A DNA stretch of 64,000 bases from an uncultured delta proteobacterium (GTDB lineage Bacteria > Desulfobacterota > Binatia > Binatales > Binataceae), in assembly GCA_963808235.1 (NCBI GenBank), contig CAWEEQ010000004.1, positions 3,136,001 through 3,200,000 of the forward strand, given 5' to 3'. Positions 1 to 12,204 of the stretch are shown here, in pieces; the stretch's first letter is position 1, and each line of letters begins with the position of its first letter. Made by a program: the position numbers and the translations under genes. The notes below the pieces were generated by a model, which made no database searches, was not told where the DNA came from, and saw only the letters and a program-made list of their open reading frames with translations.

Positions 1-2083
1 TCACGTAGTACGAAATCTGATCGCCGGGCAGATATGGGCGCTCAGCCTGGAGCGCGAGTTCGTACGCCGCCGCAAGATTGCGCCGGTTCTCGCCGATTTT
101 GCTCCGATAGGTGTCGAGCGAGTCCTGCAGCGTCTCGGTCTTCATCAGGTCGGCGATTCCGATTTCATGGCGGGACAAGCGTTCGCGATAGTCGTCGTGA
201 AGTTTCGCGATCTCACCGCGACGATCGTGCAGCAAATGCTGAAACATCTCTTCCATGAAACGGCGCTGAAAGCGCTCGAGTCCGCGCGATCGCAGTCCGG
301 AGCCGCGAATCGTCATCTTGCCCGATTCGTCCATTAGCACGTAGTTCTTCATCTTGTAGGAGAACATCGCGGCGTATCGACCGTCGATTTCGAGCCGGAT
401 TCCCTCAGTCATGATCGACGCCACCTGCTCCAGGAGCGCCTCGGCGCCGCGTTCGTCCGCCGCCGACGGTGGCGGCACGAAATAGATCCCGTCGGTATCG
501 ACTTCGATCACCTGCGCACCGCCCGCTTCGAGTTCCGCTACCGCGCGCTGGATCAGATCGCGCCCGCGCCGGGTTACGTCGTTGGCCGCGCCGAAGTCAT
601 TGAAATGACCGAGCGAAAATCCAAGATAGCCGTAAAACGAATTGATCAGAATCTTGAACGTCTGCTGGAGCGCCTCGGCATTGCGCCGCTCCACGCCCTT
701 GAGTTCGCGCGCCAACGCCTTGGCCTGCACGCGAAAACTGCGCAAGTCGTTCAACATCTTGAGGAACACGCCCAGGCGATCTGCCGCGGGCGCGTGCTGA
801 TACTGGAGCATCAGCGACGGATACAGCGAGGTAACGTCGCAGTGCAGAACACCGTGCGCGACGCCGCTCCGGCGCATCTCGGTATATCCGCCGGCGACCG
901 GCGCCGGTTCCGACGGGGCGGGAATCGAGTGACCGGCGGCGAGATACGCACGCATCATGAGCGCGTCGATTTTGGTCGCGTTCCCGCGCAGCGCCGCACT
1001 CTGGTACGAGTACGGAAAAATCTGCGCTTGCACGAAGTAGCTGGGCGAGAGCGTTTCCGCGAGCCCGCGGGTTTCGCGAGCGTCGTCGAGTGCGTACTCG
1101 TACAGTTTTTCCGGCTCGTGTTCGAAATAGTGGCTGATCTTCGACGCGTCGATATAAACACGGCCCTTGCGCGCGAGCCCGAAATGCTGCGCGAGCTGCT
1201 TGAGCCCCAGGCTTTCGAGTTCGCGGCTGCCGATATCGTAGTGCTGCGCGAGAATCCAGGTGTCGATAATGCTGCGCCCGGGAATGTCGTAACGGCGATA
1301 CGCGATCGATCGTTCCGCGATCTGCATCCGCGATGGTCGCGCGCGAAGCTCGCCGCCGCCGCGCCCGAGTCCGAGCGTCACTCGACGCCGCCGTGCGCGC
1401 GCTTCCAGGTATTCGAGATCGAAGCGAAAAAAATTGTGCCCTTCGATCACATCAGGATCCCTTTCCGCAACGATGCGCACCATTTCTTCGAGCATCGCGC
1501 GCTCGTCCATCTCGGTGCCTTTGAGCAGTCGCTCGAAGCCGGTCGAGTCGGTGAGCGAAATCGCAATCACCCGATCGCCCTCGCGCGCCGCCGACGGAAA
1601 TTCAAAGCCCGGCGAGATGTAAGTCTCGATATCGAGTTGCAGGCGGCGCAGATCGCTGAAGTCCATCCCGATAAAAAAACTGGTTCCGGTCAGCATCAGG
1701 TGCTGCTCGACGGGATCGGCAAGGACGAAATACGGCGCGTCCGGAACGTTTACGGGTTTGCCCGTGACATTGCGCAGATGGCGCTTGCTGGCTTCCATAG
1801 CGTCGATCGAGTCGAACGTAACCAGAACGCCATAGCGAAAGCCGCCGGCAAGCTCGCGCGTCTGATGCGGCGCATTGAAGCCCGCCAGCAGCGCCGCGTC
1901 CTCGAGCAGTAGAAACAACTTCAGCGGACGACGCTCGCGGCTGAGCTTGCCGCCAATGCGCTTGTACACATCGATCTCGGTTCTCGATGCGATCTCGACT
2001 GCCACCACGCCCGGATCCGCGGGATCGCCGAAGAGCAGCCGGTTGCTGTAAAACTGCGCCGAAATTTCCTGGTAGGTAGTCAT
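1..2083 (-). CDS. polB: Family B DNA polymerase (Pol II-like), 3' end runs off the window
   Basis: Manual minus-strand translation from ATG at 2083 (MTTYQEISAQ...). Exo I LDIETY, motif A CDVTSLYPS, motif B KILINSFYGYLG, motif C IEVDTDGIYF. Absent from the ORF track because no stop falls inside the window. Confidence 0.92.
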   Translation of the reverse strand, partial: MTTYQEISAQFYSNRLLFGDPADPGVVAVEIASRTEIDVYKRIGGKLSRERRPLKLFLLLEDAALLAGFNAPHQTRELAGGFRYGVLVTFDSIDAMEASKRHLRNVTGKPVNVPDAPYFVLADPVEQHLMLTGTSFFIGMDFSDLRRLQLDIETYISPGFEFPSAAREGDRVIAISLTDSTGFERLLKGTEMDERAMLEEMVRIVAERDPDVIEGHNFFRFDLEYLEARARRRRVTLGLGRGGGELRARPSRMQIAERSIAYRRYDIPGRSIIDTWILAQHYDIGSRELESLGLKQLAQHFGLARKGRVYIDASKISHYFEHEPEKLYEYALDDARETRGLAETLSPSYFVQAQIFPYSYQSAALRGNATKIDALMMRAYLAAGHSIPAPSEPAPVAGGYTEMRRSGVAHGVLHCDVTSLYPSLMLQYQHAPAADRLGVFLKMLNDLRSFRVQAKALARELKGVERRNAEALQQTFKILINSFYGYLGFSLGHFNDFGAANDVTRRGRDLIQRAVAELEAGGAQVIEVDTDGIYFVPPPSAADERGAEALLEQVASIMTEGIRLEIDGRYAAMFSYKMKNYVLMDESGKMTIRGSGLRSRGLERFQRRFMEEMFQHLLHDRRGEIAKLHDDYRERLSRHEIGIADLMKTETLQDSLDTYRSKIGENRRNLAAAYELALQAERPYLPGDQISYYV

Positions 2084-2174
2084 CGCCGCGCGCGCTCAAG
2101 ATTTTGCGATTGCCAATTTCACTGCATCTCGAGCCGCGCGTCAAACAACGCGTCACAGTGTCACACGCGAGATT

Positions 2175-3194
2175 TCAGAACGCGCCCAAACGCACGAGCC
2201 CGGCTATGAAGACCGCGTATGCCGCTCCGCCAATCGCGAGCGTCGGCGTTCCCAGCTTTGAGTCTCGCAGGTTGATGAAGAGAATCGCCGCCGACGCGAG
2301 CGCGATCGTCCCGGCCAGCAACTCGGGATTGGTCAAATGCCATGGTGAAAACGCGAGTCCAAGCGCGACTGGGATGCACGACTGGAAAACCATCGCACCG
2401 GTGATGTTGGCGAGCGCGAGGTGATCCTTGCCCTGCCGGATCCAGATTACCGAGTTGTATTTTTCCGGCAGCTCAGTCGCGAGCGGACTCAGCATCAGCG
2501 ACAGCACACCGGGATTCAGATGCGCGTGGGCGGAGAACACGATGATCTGATCGACGAACTCGATCGCGCCGACGAGTATCGCTCCCACTCCGACGACTAC
2601 CTGCGCGGCCGTCGTCCATACCCTCGGGCGTAGCGAATTTCCCCCGATGATCGCCTCGAAGTAGAGCCCGTGTTCCACGTGCGCGTCGGCCGCGCGCTTC
2701 AGGCGCAGCATCACCACGATGTAGCTGGCGTATACGATCAGAAGTGCGACGGCGATAAGATGGCGAACAAAAGGGTCCGTCTCGATCGTCCCTACGATCA
2801 CCAGCGCCAGAAAAACCGGAATGAAAAATGCCAGGTCGCGGCGCGCATCTTCGCGAACGACCTGAAGCGCAATCCTGCCCCGGCGTTTGCGAAACGCGAG
2901 CGCCGCCACCCCCATCACAAACAGCGCCACCGTCGAGAGCATCAGCGGCGCGCCGACTATCGCGCCGAGGCCCACCGCAGTGTGCGCCGACGGTGAGTCG
3001 CGCCCCGTCAGCAGTGCGACCGCCGGCACGAACGTCTCCGGCAACGCAGTCCCGACCGCCGCGAAAACGCTTCCGACCGCAGCCTCGGCGACGCCCAGCC
3101 GGTGCCCGGCCCATTCGACGCCGTTGGTGAAGAGCTCCGAGCCGGTAAGGATTATCGCGAAGCTAAGCGCGAGGATAAGCGCGTGTATTGCCAA
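2175..3194 (-). CDS. Sodium:calcium antiporter (CaCA family)
   Basis: Multi-TM protein with alpha-repeat motifs GTALPE and ATELPE, and ANITGA. Confidence 0.9.
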   Translation of the reverse strand: MAIHALILALSFAIILTGSELFTNGVEWAGHRLGVAEAAVGSVFAAVGTALPETFVPAVALLTGRDSPSAHTAVGLGAIVGAPLMLSTVALFVMGVAALAFRKRRGRIALQVVREDARRDLAFFIPVFLALVIVGTIETDPFVRHLIAVALLIVYASYIVVMLRLKRAADAHVEHGLYFEAIIGGNSLRPRVWTTAAQVVVGVGAILVGAIEFVDQIIVFSAHAHLNPGVLSLMLSPLATELPEKYNSVIWIRQGKDHLALANITGAMVFQSCIPVALGLAFSPWHLTNPELLAGTIALASAAILFINLRDSKLGTPTLAIGGAAYAVFIAGLVRLGAF

Positions 3195-3587
3195 AACTGC
3201 TCCGATGCCGGGTTCTGTGTGCTGCGAGGCTCTCTCTCATTAGCGAGGCCGCCGCTCGATTTCCAGCGCGTTTGCGCGCGCACCGCTCACAATCTCACTC
3301 GCGATGCAGCCAAACGGGCAAACGATGCGTATAATATCATTGATGGTGTTGGTTACGGTCGGAATTGTGGAGAATTGACCATCGAAAACTACAACTAGAA
3401 GCGACTGGCGATTCGTCAGTTGACTTGGATACAGGTGACCCCTAAACTGGATTCTTTGGCGTCCTTGCACTTGCCTTTGAAATCTCGTCTGTATAAATGA
3501 GGCTACCTGACTCCCCGCTTGCGGTCGTAATTTCGGCCGGGTTGCGCGCACTCGATCAACGCCCTCGCAGGACGGAAGCTTAAACGA

Positions 3588-5351
<1,764 letters not shown>

Positions 5352-5369
5352 CCGCGCGCAATTTTCACC

Positions 5370-5598
5370 AATAGCCTCGCCCTGTCAGGGAGAGGCCGAC
5401 GCTCGTCTTCGAGCGGCCGGTGAGGGTCCAGGTTCCAAAATTTCTGCGCGCTCCATTTTTTCGTGTCATCCCGAGCGAAGCCGAGGGACCCCGAATCTTT
5501 CTCAACGCCGATCTCACCACACCATCCCTCGCACCCGGCGACACGCCAAATGTATCCCCTCCGGTCCGTTTTTTTGTGCTACGAAAGCGGTGAGGCTC
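5370..5598 (+). repeat. 229-bp composite REP-like direct repeat, copy 1
   Basis: Near-identical to 6078-6306. Hairpin A (cctcgccctgtcagggagagg...ggtgaggg), then hairpin B (tgtcatcccgagcgaagccgagggacc), then a tail. Confidence 0.92.
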
Positions 5599-5744
5599 TT
5601 TCCGTTCGACACGCGCTGAGCTTCAGCTCTTGCCGACTCCAACTCTCTCGAATTCCGCGCGCTCTGTCCTTTGCCAGGCAATCGTGGAGGAATGAGTGCC
5701 TTGCGTCCGCTAACGAAGGCCGCGACACCGACGAGAAAAAATTC

Positions 5745-6029
5745 ATGACCTTTACGAAGCGCCTTCGCGCGCCAATCATGCGCGGCGAAATCACCTGCAG
5801 TGTGCGGATTTGGCAATCGCCCCACGTCAAGGTCGGCGGACACTACATGCTGGGCGAGGGGTTCATCGAGGTGACCTCGATAAGGCGGATCACGATCGCC
5901 GATATCACCCCCGACCTCGCGAGACGCTCCGGATTTTCTGGAGTCATCGATCTTCTGAAAGTCGCCAAACACGGCCCCGGAGAAAACGTCTACCTGATCG
6001 ACTTCGAGTACCACGACCAAAGAACTTAA
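5745..6029 (+). CDS. ASCH/PUA-like domain protein (94 aa)
   Basis: MTFTKRLRAPIMRGEITCSVRIW...DITPDLARRSGF...VYLIDFEY matches the ASCH pattern. Start reassigned to ATG 5745. Confidence 0.8.
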   Translation: MTFTKRLRAPIMRGEITCSVRIWQSPHVKVGGHYMLGEGFIEVTSIRRITIADITPDLARRSGFSGVIDLLKVAKHGPGENVYLIDFEYHDQRT

Positions 6030-6077
6030 CCGCGAATTCAAAAGGACACTACCTAACAGCTGAGATGCATCCCTCGT

Positions 6078-6306
6078 AATAGCCTCGCCCTGACAGGGAG
6101 AGGCCGACGCTCGTCGTCGAGCGGCGGGTGAGGGTCCAAATCCCAAATTCCGCTCACTCCCATTTTTTCGTGTCATCCCGAGCGAAGCCGAGGGACCCCG
6201 AATCTTTCTCAGCGCCGATCTCACCACACCATCCCTCGCACCCGGCGACACGCCAACGTATCCCCTCCGGTCCGTCTTTTTTTGTGATACGAAATCGGTG
6301 AGGCTC
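6078..6306 (+). repeat. 229-bp composite REP-like direct repeat, copy 2
   Basis: Aligned by eye with 5370-5598. Differences are concentrated in a roughly 25-nt linker. Confidence 0.92.
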
Positions 6307-6323
6307 ATCGCAAAGTTTTCAAA

Positions 6324-7706
6324 ATGACCGACCACCCCAACATCATCCTCATAATCGCCGACGACATGGGCTACGGCGACTTCGGATGCTTCAACCACGG
6401 CCTCTCCCGCACCCCGACCCTCGACCATCTCGTCAGCGAAGGCACCTGCCTGACCCAGCACTACTCCGCGTCGCCGGTATGCGCCCCCGCGCGCGCCTCC
6501 CTGATGACCGGCCGCTACCCGCATCGCACCGGCGTCATCGACACCCTCGAAACGCGCGGCCTCGATCGCCTTGCTCTCCGTGAGATAACGATCGCCGAAC
6601 TCCTGAAACGCGCCGGCTACGCAACGGGCCTCGTCGGCAAATGGCACAATGGCGCGTACGACCAGCGCTATCATCCGAACCGCCGCGGCTTCGACGAGTT
6701 CGCCGGTTTTTCCGGAGGATGGCAGCCCTACTACCAATGGAATCTCGATCGCAACGGCTCGATCTCGCGCGGCGACGGCCGCTACCTCACCGATGTATTC
6801 ACCGCCGAGGCGACCGAGTTCATCGATCGCCATCGCGCTGACAAATTCTTTCTCTATCTCGCCTACAACGCGCCCCACTTCCCGTTCGAAGCAATCGAGG
6901 CCGATGCTGCCCCGTACAAGGAGACCGGCAACTTCACGCTCGCGGTGAGCCAGATCTACGCGATGATCGAATGCATGGATCGCGGCGTCGCGCGCGTGCT
7001 CGAGGAACTCAAACGAGCCGGCCTCGCCGACAATACTTTGGTAATGTTCTCCAGCGACAACGGTCCCCAGTTCGGCGGCAAAGGCGACCTATGCACCGAT
7101 CGCTTCAACTGCGGTTTCGCCGGCGCGAAAACTTTGGTCTATGAGGGCGGCATCCGGCTCCCGATGGTTCTCCGCTGGCCCGCAGGCCTCGACGGCCGCC
7201 GCCAAATTCACGAAATGATCCACTTCACCGACTGGCTCCCGACGATCCTCGCACTGGCCGGCGTCGAACCTCCGCCCGATCTCAAGCTAGATGGAATAAA
7301 CGCGATAGCTTCTATACGCGGCGAGCGCGGCAAGGTGCCCGATCAACGCTTCTGGCAATGGAACCGCTATACCCCCGACGCCGAATGCAACGCCGCAATG
7401 CGCGACGGCCGATGGAAACTAGTCCGCCCCGCAATCCGCGAACTGATGCAGGTATCCAAGGAAGACCTCGCGATGGACATCCAGTCCAAGTACAACCCCG
7501 AAAAATTCCACGACATCCTCCGCACCCCCGCCCCACCCCGCATCAAACCCACCCCACCCCCCGCCCAACTCTTCGACATAACAACCGACCCCTCCGAACA
7601 AACCGATCTAGCCACAACAGACCCAGGTCACGTTTCGCGCATGACGAATGCCCTGGCCAGATGGTTCGAAGAAGTCGACCAAGACCGCCGCACAATCCAC
7701 GACTGA
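6324..7706 (+). CDS. Sulfatase (arylsulfatase A-like, Cys-type FGly motif)
   Basis: PNIILIIADDMGYGD, CAPARASLMTGRY (CxPxR), GKWH, SDNG, YEGGIR. Confidence 0.95.
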   Translation: MTDHPNIILIIADDMGYGDFGCFNHGLSRTPTLDHLVSEGTCLTQHYSASPVCAPARASLMTGRYPHRTGVIDTLETRGLDRLALREITIAELLKRAGYATGLVGKWHNGAYDQRYHPNRRGFDEFAGFSGGWQPYYQWNLDRNGSISRGDGRYLTDVFTAEATEFIDRHRADKFFLYLAYNAPHFPFEAIEADAAPYKETGNFTLAVSQIYAMIECMDRGVARVLEELKRAGLADNTLVMFSSDNGPQFGGKGDLCTDRFNCGFAGAKTLVYEGGIRLPMVLRWPAGLDGRRQIHEMIHFTDWLPTILALAGVEPPPDLKLDGINAIASIRGERGKVPDQRFWQWNRYTPDAECNAAMRDGRWKLVRPAIRELMQVSKEDLAMDIQSKYNPEKFHDILRTPAPPRIKPTPPPAQLFDITTDPSEQTDLATTDPGHVSRMTNALARWFEEVDQDRRTIHD

Positions 7707-7711
7707 TTCAT

Positions 7712-8380
7712 CCTACCTTCCCCTTGTCCGAGGGGAGGTCGGAGCGCGCCAAAGGAGCGCTCCGGGAGAGGTGCAACGCCCGACAGCGCACACACGCCGA
7801 CTCGTCTAACCACTGTTCACTCGCTACAGGTGCCGCCAAGTCTGTCATCCTGACGAAGCGAACAACCCGAGCGGATGAAAGGACCTCAGCGTCCGCGCCC
7901 TCCTGTCATCCTGACCGAAGCTCGCAACGCGAGCGGAGCGGATCTGGCTTCTGGCCTCCGGACAGCGTCGCGCCAGCGCCGCCGGTTCCGGTTTCGAGTC
8001 GCCGCTTCCAACTCCTTGTGGCACTGCCTCCCAAGTGGCACGGGCGTCCCTGCCCGTGATTGACCCGCCCTCCTGTCATCCTGACCGAAGCGAGCGGCAA
8101 CGCTCGCGGAGAGGAACTGGCTTCTGGCCTCCGGACAGCGTCGCGCCAGCGCCGCCGGTTCCGGTTCCGAGTCGCCACATCCACCATTAGCAACCCTAAT
8201 CCCCCGGATCGCCACGAGAGTTCAGGGATGAACTGTTCAGCCTGATTCAAACCCAAATTCCGTGAGACCCTAACCCTGATGAACTACTCCCCGTGTCATT
8301 CTGAAGCGCAGCCGAAGAATCCCGGATCTTTCTCGATGCCCACAACACCACGCCATGCGCGCACCGCCGACGCGCCCCGG
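7712..8380. repeat. Mosaic cluster of REP-like palindromes
   Basis: Hairpin A-like element about 7715-7772. tgtcatcctgac(c)gaagc at about 7843, 7904 and 8074. About 110-bp direct repeat at 7896-8003 and 8066-8176. GTGG-type palindrome 8035-8058. Degenerate hairpin B plus tail 8292-8376. Confidence 0.85.
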
Positions 8381-8480
8381 CCGAAATCGATCCTCGCCCT
8401 CCGCTGGATTGAATTCATCCGCGATGGTCTGATTTAAGTGTCTGTCACAGGCACCTCCGCGCGGTCCTGATGGAGCGCAA

Positions 8481-10623
8481 ATGAACGAGCAAGTCACCCG
8501 CCAGATCCTCTGGAACGTCCCCGTTCCCTTCATCGTTCTGATGTACAGCCTGCTCGCGATGCTGATCGTCGGATGCGTCTACGCGTTCCTGAAATGGTAC
8601 CGCCTCGTGAGCCTCGGCGTCTCGGAAAATCGCCTCGACCATCCTGTCCAGCGCCTGGTCCTCGCGATGCGCGATTCGTTCGGCCAGGGCAACGTGATTC
8701 GCGAGACCTGGGGATGGATGCACTACGCATTCTACGTCGCGTTCGTCGGACTGTTCATCGGCACGACCATCGTTCTGATCAACAGCGACTTGCGCGATCT
8801 GTTCGCCCTGTTCGGACTCGATTTCTACTTCTACTACGGCGATTTCTATCTCTACTTCAAAGCCGCGATGGACACCTTCTTCCTGCTCCTGATCCTCGGC
8901 GTCCTGATGGAAGGTGCGCGCCGCGCAGTCCGCAAGCCGACCGTGCTCAACGATCCGCCCGCCGAAAAAGTGAATGACAACCTCGAGAACCGCCTCGGCT
9001 ACTGGTTCCCGATGTCGATGATGGTGCTGGCCGCGCTCACCGGCCTGATGCTCGAGGGCGCGCGCATCAACGCCGCGCATCCCGCATTTACCGAATGGGC
9101 CTACGTCGGGCGAGTCGTCGGCCGCATCGAAGGCGGCCTCGGCGCCGGCGTCACCTATCATCGATGGCTCTGGCTGACCCACGTGCTGCTGGTGTTCGTG
9201 CTGCTCTTCTGTTTCCCGTTCACCAAGCTGCGCCATCTGATCTTCGGCCCATTGAATCTATTCTTCCGCAACATGGGCCCGCGCGGCCGCCTCGCCCCAA
9301 TCAAGGATTTCGAAAACGCCGAAACCTTCGGCGTCTCGCAAGTCGAGCAGTACACATGGAAACAACTGCTCGACATGGGCTCGTGCCTCGAGTGCGGCCG
9401 ATGCACCATCAACTGCCCGACCGTCGCCACCGGCAAGACCCTCAACCCGAAATATCTCGTGATCGAACAGCGCGAACACCTGCTGGCTAAAGCTCCCTTC
9501 CTGCTCGCCGCAAAAGCAAACGGCAAGAGTCGGCAAGGCGACGAAAATCAGGAAAATGGCAAAAACCGGCAAGGCGCGGAGGCTCCCGCCTGGGACGGTC
9601 CCGACATGATCACGCAGGTCGCGACCGAGGAAGCAGTGTGGGCGTGCACGTCGTGCGGATGGTGCGAAGAAGGATGCCCGGTCGGCATCGAGCACATCCA
9701 GCGAATCGTCGACATGCGGCGCTACGACGTTCTGATGGAATCGCGATTCCCGACTCAGATCACCGGCGCATTCAAAGGAATCGAGAACCAGGGAAATCCG
9801 TGGGGACTCGCGCAGGAAAAGCGCGCCGAGTGGGCCGCCGGCATGGAGATCGCCGGAGATCGCGGCGCTCGACGATCCGTCAGATATCGACGTGCTGTAC
9901 TGGGTGGGATGCGCCGGCTCTTACGACGAGCGCAATCAGCGCGTCAGCAAGTCATTCGCAGGCCTGATGAAACAGGCCGGGGTCAAGTTTGCGATCCTCG
10001 GCCGCGAGGAAACCTGCACCGGCGACCCGGCGCGCCGGCTCGGCAACGAATACTTGTATGCGACCGTCGCCGCGCAAAACGTCGAGACCCTCAACAAGTA
10101 CAAGCCGCGCCGAATAGTCACTCAATGTCCGCATTGTTTTCACAATTTGAAAAACGAGTACCCGGACTTCGGCGGAAACTATACCGTTCTGCACGAGGCG
10201 GAATTTATCGACGAGCTGATCCAGGCCGGACGCCTGAAACCTCGCGGCGAGATAAGCGAGCGGATCACCTATCACGACCCGTGCTACATGGCGCGGCACA
10301 ATCGCAAATGGGACAGCGCACGCAGCGCGCTCAACGCGATTCCGGGCACCGAAGTCGCCGAGGTCGAGCAGTCGAAGAACCGCACCTTCTGCTGCGGCGC
10401 CGGCGGCGGATGCTTCTGGAAGGAAGAGCACGAGGGCACCCGGATCAATCAGAAGCGTTTCGATCAATTGAACGAGGCCAAGCCCAAGTGCGTCGCGGTC
10501 GGATGCCCATTCTGCATGACGATGATGGAAGACGCGGTGAAATCGCGCTCGCTCGAGGAAACCATGCGAGTCCGCGATCTCGCGGAACTAGTCGCCGAAT
10601 CGACCGGCGCGAACACGAAATGA
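8481..10623 (+). CDS. Membrane Fe-S oxidoreductase (FadF/GlpC/HdrD-like), one frameshift near 9852
   Basis: N-terminal TM region, CLECGRCTINCP and CTSCGWCEEGCP ferredoxin motifs, then CCG domains (YWVGC, CPHC, YHDPC, CCGAGGG, CPFC) in a second frame. An extra G in atc-gccg-gag explains the shift. Confidence 0.88.
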
Positions 10624-10640
10624 TCGAGCCCGTGATAACT

Positions 10641-11300
10641 TCAAATTTGTTTGCCCCAGGAATCCAGATACGTGAGCTGCTCGATCGGACGGCGGATGAG
10701 CGGGCCGTGGCCGCGCCCGACCGGATATCCGATCGGAATCGCCGCCGCGGTATACCAGGGATCCGGGATTGCGAGCAGGCGGCGCACTTCGGGCTCGGAT
10801 TCGCACAGAAGCGTCGTGAGCACGCATCCGAGACCTTCGGCGCGGCACGCGAGCAAAAGATTCTCGACCGCGGTGTAAACCGATCCGCCGCCGACCACCG
10901 ATACTCGATCCTGCTTCGCGTCGGTGATTGCCATGTTCTTCGGATTGAAGCAGAAGACTGCGACCACCGGCGACTCGCCGAAGTGCGCCGCGAGATAGTC
11001 GCCGGCCGCAAGCGTCCGCTCGGCGCGCGCGCGAACTTCCTGCGCAACGCTGGCCGGTATCTGGGTGCGATATTGCTTCGAGTACGCCGCCCACCTTTCG
11101 GCGTAGAGCTTGCCCAGCGGTTCTTTGAGCGCGCGATCTTTTACCACCACAATTCGCCACGGCTGCACGTTGCCTCCGGTCGGGGCCCAGGTAGCCGCTT
11201 CGAGCACGCGGCGTAGCACATCGGCCGGTATCGGGTCGGGCCGCAACCGCCGGACCGCGCGCAACGTGCGCATCGTTTCGTAAATTCCCATTTCCGCCAT
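10641..11300 (-). CDS. Nitroreductase family protein
   Basis: RAVRRLRPDPIP, APTGGNVQPW, ENLLLACRAEGLG, IPIGYP. AGGAG RBS precedes ATG 11300. Confidence 0.92.
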   Translation of the reverse strand: MAEMGIYETMRTLRAVRRLRPDPIPADVLRRVLEAATWAPTGGNVQPWRIVVVKDRALKEPLGKLYAERWAAYSKQYRTQIPASVAQEVRARAERTLAAGDYLAAHFGESPVVAVFCFNPKNMAITDAKQDRVSVVGGGSVYTAVENLLLACRAEGLGCVLTTLLCESEPEVRRLLAIPDPWYTAAAIPIGYPVGRGHGPLIRRPIEQLTYLDSWGKQI

Positions 11301-11334
11301 GGTTGATTCTCCTATCGTCAAAGATAGATCTCGA

Positions 11335-12204
11335 TCATCGGGCGCCTAGATGCGATCGGCCGATTGCCGCGAGCGCGAACAGTGCGGAGTCCATCGCGGC
11401 GTGCGCGATCATCGAGGCCTCGAGCCCGCGCCTCAGGTACAGGCGCCCGAATACGATTCCTTCCCACGTTTGTGGCATCAGCAATCCGGCGAGCAGAAGT
11501 CTCGGAGTAGAGTGAAACATCGATCCAGCCAGCGGGACCAGGTGAACCATCCCGAAGGCATAGGCTTGCAGGATAGTAGCGAACCAGAGTGCGCCGCGAC
11601 TGGACTCGCCGGACGAGTCGCGCGTAATCAATCGCGCGATCCATGTGAAGACGGCGAACAAGACCAGTCGAAACTGGATTTCCTCGCTGACCGCGGCGGG
11701 GATCGCGACCAAAGCGCCTGCGAACGCGATACGGCCTGGCGCGAGTTTCATCATCGGCGGGGTCGGCAGATTCAGGCCGCCACCATGCAGATGCATCATG
11801 AGAATCGGCACGATCACCAGGCCCAGAACTAACGCGCCCGATGCGCCGGCGAGCAACGCGTAGCCCATCGATATCCTGAGCAGGCTGCGGATGCCGAAGT
11901 GCAACCGCTCGCCCGCTATCTTTGCCGCGATCAGTGGAGCGCCGGGGAGTCCCAGCCGCGGATTGATTCGGATTGCAAACGGCACCATCGAGGTGAGTCC
12001 GATCGCGATCGCGAGAACCGGGAATGTGCGACTGACTTCCGCGCGAGTGATGAACTTGAACGCGAGCGCGAACGGGAACTCCAACGCCACGCCGACAATC
12101 GCAAGCACTATCAGCAGCGCGGACTCGCGCCGCCGTGTCGCGCGATCCGACGCCGTACTTTGCGGCATCGCGGCGGGCGCACCGCTGCTTGCGGCTTCGC
12201 TCAC
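11335..12204 (-). CDS. CPBP (Abi/CAAX) intramembrane metalloprotease
   Basis: SEEIQFR, FGMVH and AHAAMD motifs in a multi-TM protein. Confidence 0.85.
   Translation of the reverse strand: MSEAASSGAPAAMPQSTASDRATRRRESALLIVLAIVGVALEFPFALAFKFITRAEVSRTFPVLAIAIGLTSMVPFAIRINPRLGLPGAPLIAAKIAGERLHFGIRSLLRISMGYALLAGASGALVLGLVIVPILMMHLHGGGLNLPTPPMMKLAPGRIAFAGALVAIPAAVSEEIQFRLVLFAVFTWIARLITRDSSGESSRGALWFATILQAYAFGMVHLVPLAGSMFHSTPRLLLAGLLMPQTWEGIVFGRLYLRRGLEASMIAHAAMDSALFALAAIGRSHLGAR

Noticed and set aside
605-1912. 435-aa plus-strand ORF and other long antisense ORFs (3615-4871, 5514-6878, 54778-57117)
   Set aside because: Shadow frames of real genes on the opposite strand in high-GC DNA, with no recognisable motifs.
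5370-8380. CRISPR array or integron attC array
   Set aside because: No regular repeat-spacer periodicity, no cas or intI gene, and no clear RYYYAAC/GTTRRRY boxes.
8481-11216. Apparent 911-aa fusion protein
   Set aside because: Product of the frameshift near 9852. The true C-terminus is in the 9892-10623 frame.
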